Shown here: positions 58,101-64,000 of the stretch, one piece after another | How the letters are laid out: the number at the start of each line of letters is the position of its first letter | Position numbering within the stretch: position 1 is the first letter of the stretch | Assembly (NCBI GenBank): GCA_964016885.1 | Contig: OZ024741.1 | Coordinates: 409,820,001 to 409,884,000, forward strand | DNA from: Eledone cirrhosa | Lineage: Eukaryota | Direction of reading: 5' to 3' | DNA: 64,000 bases | The notes under the pieces: generated by a model | What the model was told of the DNA's origin: nothing | Databases searched by the model: none | The model's input: the letters and a program-made list of their open reading frames with translations, nothing else | Position numbers and translations under genes: made by a program

Positions 58101-61100
58101 TATCCCTGGGTATATCAGGTTTACAATAGGTACACTGTATCCTGATGTATATCTGGTTTACAATAGGTACACTGTATTCCAGTATATATCTGGTTTACAC
58201 TAGGTACACTGTATCCCTGGGTATATCTGGTTTACAATAGGTACACTGAATCCCTGTATATCTGGTTTACAATAGGTACACTGTATCCCTGTGTATATCA
58301 GGTTTACAATAGGTACACTGTATCCCTGTGTACATCTGGTTTACAATAGGTACACTGTATCCCAGTGAGTATCTGGTTTACAATAGGTACACTGTATACC
58401 TGTGTATATCAGGTTTACAATAGGTACACTGTATCTCAGTGTATATCAGGTTTACAATTGGTACACAGTATCCCTGTGTATATCAGGTTTACAATAGGTA
58501 CACAGTATCGCTGTATATCTGGTTTACAATAGGTACACTGTCTCCCTGTGTATATCTGGTTTACAATAGGTACACTGTATCCCTGGGTATATCGGGTTTA
58601 TAATAGGTACACTGTATCACTGTGTATATCTGGTTTACAATAGGTACACTGTATCCCAGTGTGTATCTGGTTTACAATAGGTACACTGTATCCCTGTGTA
58701 TATCAGGTTTACAATAGGTACACTGTATCCCTGTGTATCTGGTTTACAATAGGTACACTGTATCCCAGTGTATATCTGGTTTACAATAGGTACACTGTAT
58801 GCCTGTGTATATCAGGTTTACTATAGGTACACTGTATCCCTGTGTATATCTGGTTTTCAATAGGTACACTGTATCCTTGTGTTATATCTGGTTTACAATA
58901 GGTACACTGTATCCCTGTGTATATCTGGTTTACAATAAGTACACTGTATCCCTGGGTATATCTGGTTTACAATAGGTACACTGTATCCCTGTGCATATCA
59001 GGTTTACAATAGCTACCCTGTATCCCAGTATATATCTGGTTTACAATAGGTACACTGTATGCCAGTGTGTATCAGGTTTACAATAGGTACACTCTATCAC
59101 TGTATATATCTGGTTTTCAATAGGTACACTGTATCTCTGTGTATATCTAGTTTACAATAGGTACACTGAATCCCTGTCTATATCTGGTTTACAATAGGTA
59201 CACTGTATCCCTGGGTATATCTGGTTTACAATAGGTACACTGTATCCCTGTGTATATCAAGTTTACAATAGGTATACTGTATCCCTGTGTATATCAAGTT
59301 TACAATAGGTACACTGTATCCCTGTGTATATCTGGTTTACAATAGGTACACTGTATCCCTGTATATCAGGTTTACAATAGGTACACTGTATCCCTGTGTA
59401 TCTGGTTTACAATAGGTACACTGTATCCCTGTGTATATCTGGTTTTCAACAGGTACACTGTATCCCTGGGTATATCTAGTTTACAATAGGTACACTGTAT
59501 CCCTGTGTATATCTGGTTTACAATAGGTACACTGAATCCCTGTATATCTGGTTTACAATAGGTACACTGTATCCCTGTGTATATCAGGTTTACAATAGGT
59601 ACACTGTATCCCTGTGTACATCTGGTTTACAATAGGTACACTGTATCCCAGTGAGTATCTGGTTTACAATAGGTACACTGTATACCTGTGTATATCAGGT
59701 TTACAATAGGTACACTGTATCTCAGTGTATATCAGGTTTACAATTGGTACACAGTATCCCTGTGTATATCAGGTTTACAATAGGTACACAGTATCGCTGT
59801 ATATCTGGTTTACAATAGGTACACTGTCTCCCTGTGTATATCTGGTTTACAATAGGTACACTGTATCCCTGGGTATATCGGGTTTATAATAGGTACACTG
59901 TATCACTGTGTATATCTGGTTTACAATAGGTACACTGTATCCCAGTGTGTATCTGGTTTACAATAGGTACACTGTATCCCTGTGTATATCAGGTTTACAA
60001 TAGGTACACTGTATCCCTGTGTATCTGGTTTACAATAGGTACACTGTATCCCAGTGTATATCTGGTTTACAATAGGTACACTGTATGCCTGTGTATATCA
60101 GGTTTACTATAGGTACACTGTATCCCTGTGTATATCTGGTTTTCAATAGGTACACTGTATCCTTGTGTTATATCTGGTTTACAATAGGTACACTGTATCC
60201 CTGTGTATATCTGGTTTACAATAAGTACACTGTATCCCTGGGTATATCTGGTTTACAATAGGTACACTGTATCCCTGTGCATATCAGGTTTACAATAGCT
60301 ACCCTGTATCCCAGTATATATCTGGTTTACAATAGGTACACTGTATGCCAGTGTGTATCAGGTTTACAATAGGTACACTCTATCACTGTATATATCTGGT
60401 TTTCAATAGGTACACTGTATCTCTGTGTATATCTAGTTTACAATAGGTACACTGAATCCCTGTCTATATCTGGTTTACAATAGGTACACTGTATCCCTGG
60501 GTATATCTGGTTTACAATAGGTACACTGTATCCCTGTGTATATCAAGTTTACAATAGGTATACTGTATCCCTGTGTATATCAAGTTTACAATAGGTACAC
60601 TGTATCCTTGTGTATATCTGGTTTACAATAGGTACACTGTATCCCTGTATATCAGGTTTACAATAGGGACACTGTATCCCTGTGTATCTGGTTTACAATA
60701 GGTACACTGTATCCCTGGGTATATCTGGTTTACAACAGGTACACTGTATCCCTGGGTATCTCAGGTTTACAATAGGTACACTGTATCCTGATGTATATCT
60801 GGTTTACAATAGGTACACTGTATTCCAGTATATATCTGGTTTACACTAGGTACACTGTATCCCTGGGTATATCTGGTTTACAATAGGGACACTGAATCCC
60901 TGTATATCTGGTTTACAATAGGTACACTGTATCCCAGTGTATATCTGGTTTACAATAGGTACACTGTATCCCTGTGTATATCTGGTTTACAATAGGTACA
61001 CTGTATCCCTGTGTATATCTAGTTGACAATAGGTACACTGTATCCCTGTGTATATCTAGTTTACAATAGGTACACTGTATCCCTGTGTATATCTGGTTTA

Positions 61101-64000
61101 CAATAGGTACACTGAATCCCTGTATATCTGGTTTACAATAGGTACACTGTATCCCTGTGTATATCAGGTTTACAATAGGTACACTGTATCCCTGTGTACA
61201 TCTGGTTTACAATAGGTACACTGTATCCCTGTGTATATCAGGTTTACAATAGGTACACTGCATCCCTGGGTATATTTGGTTTACAATAGGTACACTGTAT
61301 TCCTGTGTATATCAGGTTTATGATAGGTACACTGTATCCCTGTGTATATCAGGTTTACGATAGGTACACTGTATCCCTGTGTATATCAGGTTTACTATAG
61401 GTACACTGTATCCCTGTGTATATCTGGTTTACAATAGGTACACTGTATCCCAGTATATATCTGTTTTACAATAGGTACACTGTATCCCAGTGTGTATCAG
61501 GTTTACGATAGGTACACTGTATCACTGTATATATCTGGTTTTCAATAGGTACACTGTATCTCTGTGTATATCTAGTTTACACTAGGTACACTGAATCCCT
61601 GTCTATATCTGGTTTACAATAGGAACACTGTATCCCTGGGTATATCTGGTTTACAATAGTTACACTGTATCCCTGTGTATATCAAGTTTACAATAGGTAC
61701 ACTGTATCCCTGTGTATATCAAGTTTACAATAGGTACACTGTATCCCTGTGTATATCTGGTTTACAATAGGTACACTGTATCCCTGTATATCAGGTTTAC
61801 AATAGGTACACTGTATCCCTGTGTATCTGGTTTACAATAGGTACACTGTATCCCTGGGTATATCAGGTTTACAATAGGTACACTGTATCCTGATGTATAT
61901 CTGGTTTACAATAGGTACACTGTATTCCAGTATATATCTGGTTTACACTAGGTACACTGTATCCCTGGGTATATCTGGTTTACAATAGGTACACTGAATC
62001 CCTGTATATCTGGTTTACAATAGGTACACTGTATCCCTGTGTATATCAGGTTTACAATAGGTACACTGTATCCCTGTGTACATCTGGTTTACAATAGGTA
62101 CACTGTATCCCAGTGAGTATCTGGTTTACAATAGGTACACTGTATACCTGTGTATATCAGGTTTACAATAGGTACACTGTATCTCAGTGTATATCAGGTT
62201 TACAATTGGTACACAGTATCCCTGTGTATATCAGGTTTACAATAGGTACACAGTATCGCTGTATATCTGGTTTACAATAGGTACACTGTCTCCCTGTGTA
62301 TATCTGGTTTACAATAGGTACACTGTATCCCTGGGTATATCGGGTTTATAATAGGTACACTGTATCACTGTGTATATCTGGTTTACAATAGGTACACTGT
62401 ATCCCAGTGTGTATCTGGTTTACAATAGGTACACTGTATCCCTGTGTATATCAGGTTTACAATAGGTACACTGTATCCCTGTGTATCTGGTTTACAATAG
62501 GTACACTGTATCCCAGTGTATATCTGGTTTACAATAGGTACACTGTATGCCTGTGTATATCAGGTTTACTATAGGTACACTGTATCCCTGTGTATATCTG
62601 GTTTTCAATAGGTACACTGTATCCTTGTGTTATATCTGGTTTACAATAGGTACACTGTATCCCTGGGTATATCTGGTTTACAATAGGTACACTGTATCCC
62701 TGTGCATATCAGGTTTACAATAGCTACCCTGTATCCCAGTATATATCTGGTTTACAATAGGTACACTGTATCCCAGTGTGTATCAGGTTTACAATAGGTA
62801 CACTGTATCACTGTATATATCTGGTTTTCAATAGGTACACTGTATCTCTGTGTATATCTAGTTTACAATAGGTACACTGAATCCCTGTCTATATCTGGTT
62901 TACAATAGGTACACTGTATCCCTGGGTATATCTGGTTTACAATAGGTACACTGTATCCCTGTGTATATCAAGTTTACAATAGGTATACTGTATCCCTGTG
63001 TATATCAAGTTTACAATAGGTACACTGTATCCCTGTGTATATCTGGTTTACAATAGGTACACTGTATCCCTGTATATCAGGTTTACAATAGGTACACTGT
63101 ATCCCTGTGTATCTGGTTTACAATAGGTACACTGTATCCCTGGGTATATCTGGTTTACAACAGGTACACTGTATCCCTGGGTATATCAGGTTTACAATAG
63201 GTACACTGTATCCTGATGTATATCTGGTTTACAATAGGTACACTGTATTCCAGTATATATCTGGTTTACACTAGGTACACTGTATCCCTGGGTATATCTG
63301 GTTTACAATAGGTACACTGAATCCCTGTATATCTGGTTTACAATAGGTACACTGTATCCCAGTGTATATCTGGTTTACAATAGGTACACTGTATCCCTGT
63401 GTATATCTGGTTTACAATAGGTACACTGTATCCCTGTGTATATCTAGTTTACAATAGGTACACTGTATCCCTGGGTATATCAGGTTTACAATAGGTACAC
63501 TGTATCCCTGTGTATATCTGGTTTACAATAGGTACACTGTATCCATGGGTATATCTGGTTTACAATAGGTACACTGTATCCCTGTATATCAGGTTTACTA
63601 TAGGTATACTGTATCCCTGTGTATATCTGGTTTACAATAGGTACACTGTATCCCTGTGTATATCTTGTTTACAATAGGTACACTGTATCCCTGGGTATAT
63701 CGGGTTTATAATAGGTACACTGTATCCCTGTGTATCTGGTTTACAATAGGTACACTGTATCCCTGGGTATATCTGGTTTACAATAGGTACACTGTATCCC
63801 TGGGTATATCAGGTTTACAATAGGTACACTGTATCCCTGTGTATATCTGGTTTACAATAGGTACACTCTATCCATGGGTATATCTGGTTTACAATAGGTA
63901 AACTGTATCCCTGTATATCAGGTTTACTATAGGTACACTGTATCCCTGTGTATATCTGGTTTACAATAGGTACACTGTATCCCAGTGTATATCTGGTTTA

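Larger units (their letters stand above)
3356..64000. repeat. 37-bp satellite tandem array, main block (continues beyond window end)
   Basis: Continuous same-orientation monomers with typically 0-4 differences from consensus; no non-satellite insert seen on reading through. Confidence 0.98.

Noticed and set aside
3364-64000. CRISPR array (37-bp, partly palindromic repeat)
   Set aside because: Monomers abut directly with no unique spacers, there are no cas genes, and the only insert is a eukaryotic LINE.

Overview
This is eukaryotic repetitive DNA. About 97% of the window is a single head-to-tail satellite array of a 37-bp monomer (consensus TATATCTGGTTTACAATAGGTACACTGTATCCCTGTG, 38% GC, no CpG, roughly 1,650-1,700 copies by length estimate, no inversion seen). 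The array is interrupted once, at 1281-3355, by a 5'-truncated, minus-strand RTE-clade non-LTR retrotransposon (LINE). The element has an uninterrupted reverse-transcriptase frame, a ~300-bp 3'UTR with a terminal stem-loop, a (GAT)n tail and an 8-bp target-site duplication (ACTGTATC). The most unusual feature is a complete C4-H-C3 PHD-type zinc finger spliced inside the RT, between the KTKV and FCYLG motifs, which suggests a chromatin-reading LINE polymerase. Rare monomer variants show nested tandem duplications of ~14.3 kb, ~4.04 kb, ~3.5 kb and ~2.1 kb and a left-to-right turnover of variants. Paralogous empty copies of the LINE target site are present in the window. No host genes, RNA genes or CRISPR array are supported. 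All alignments were done by eye.
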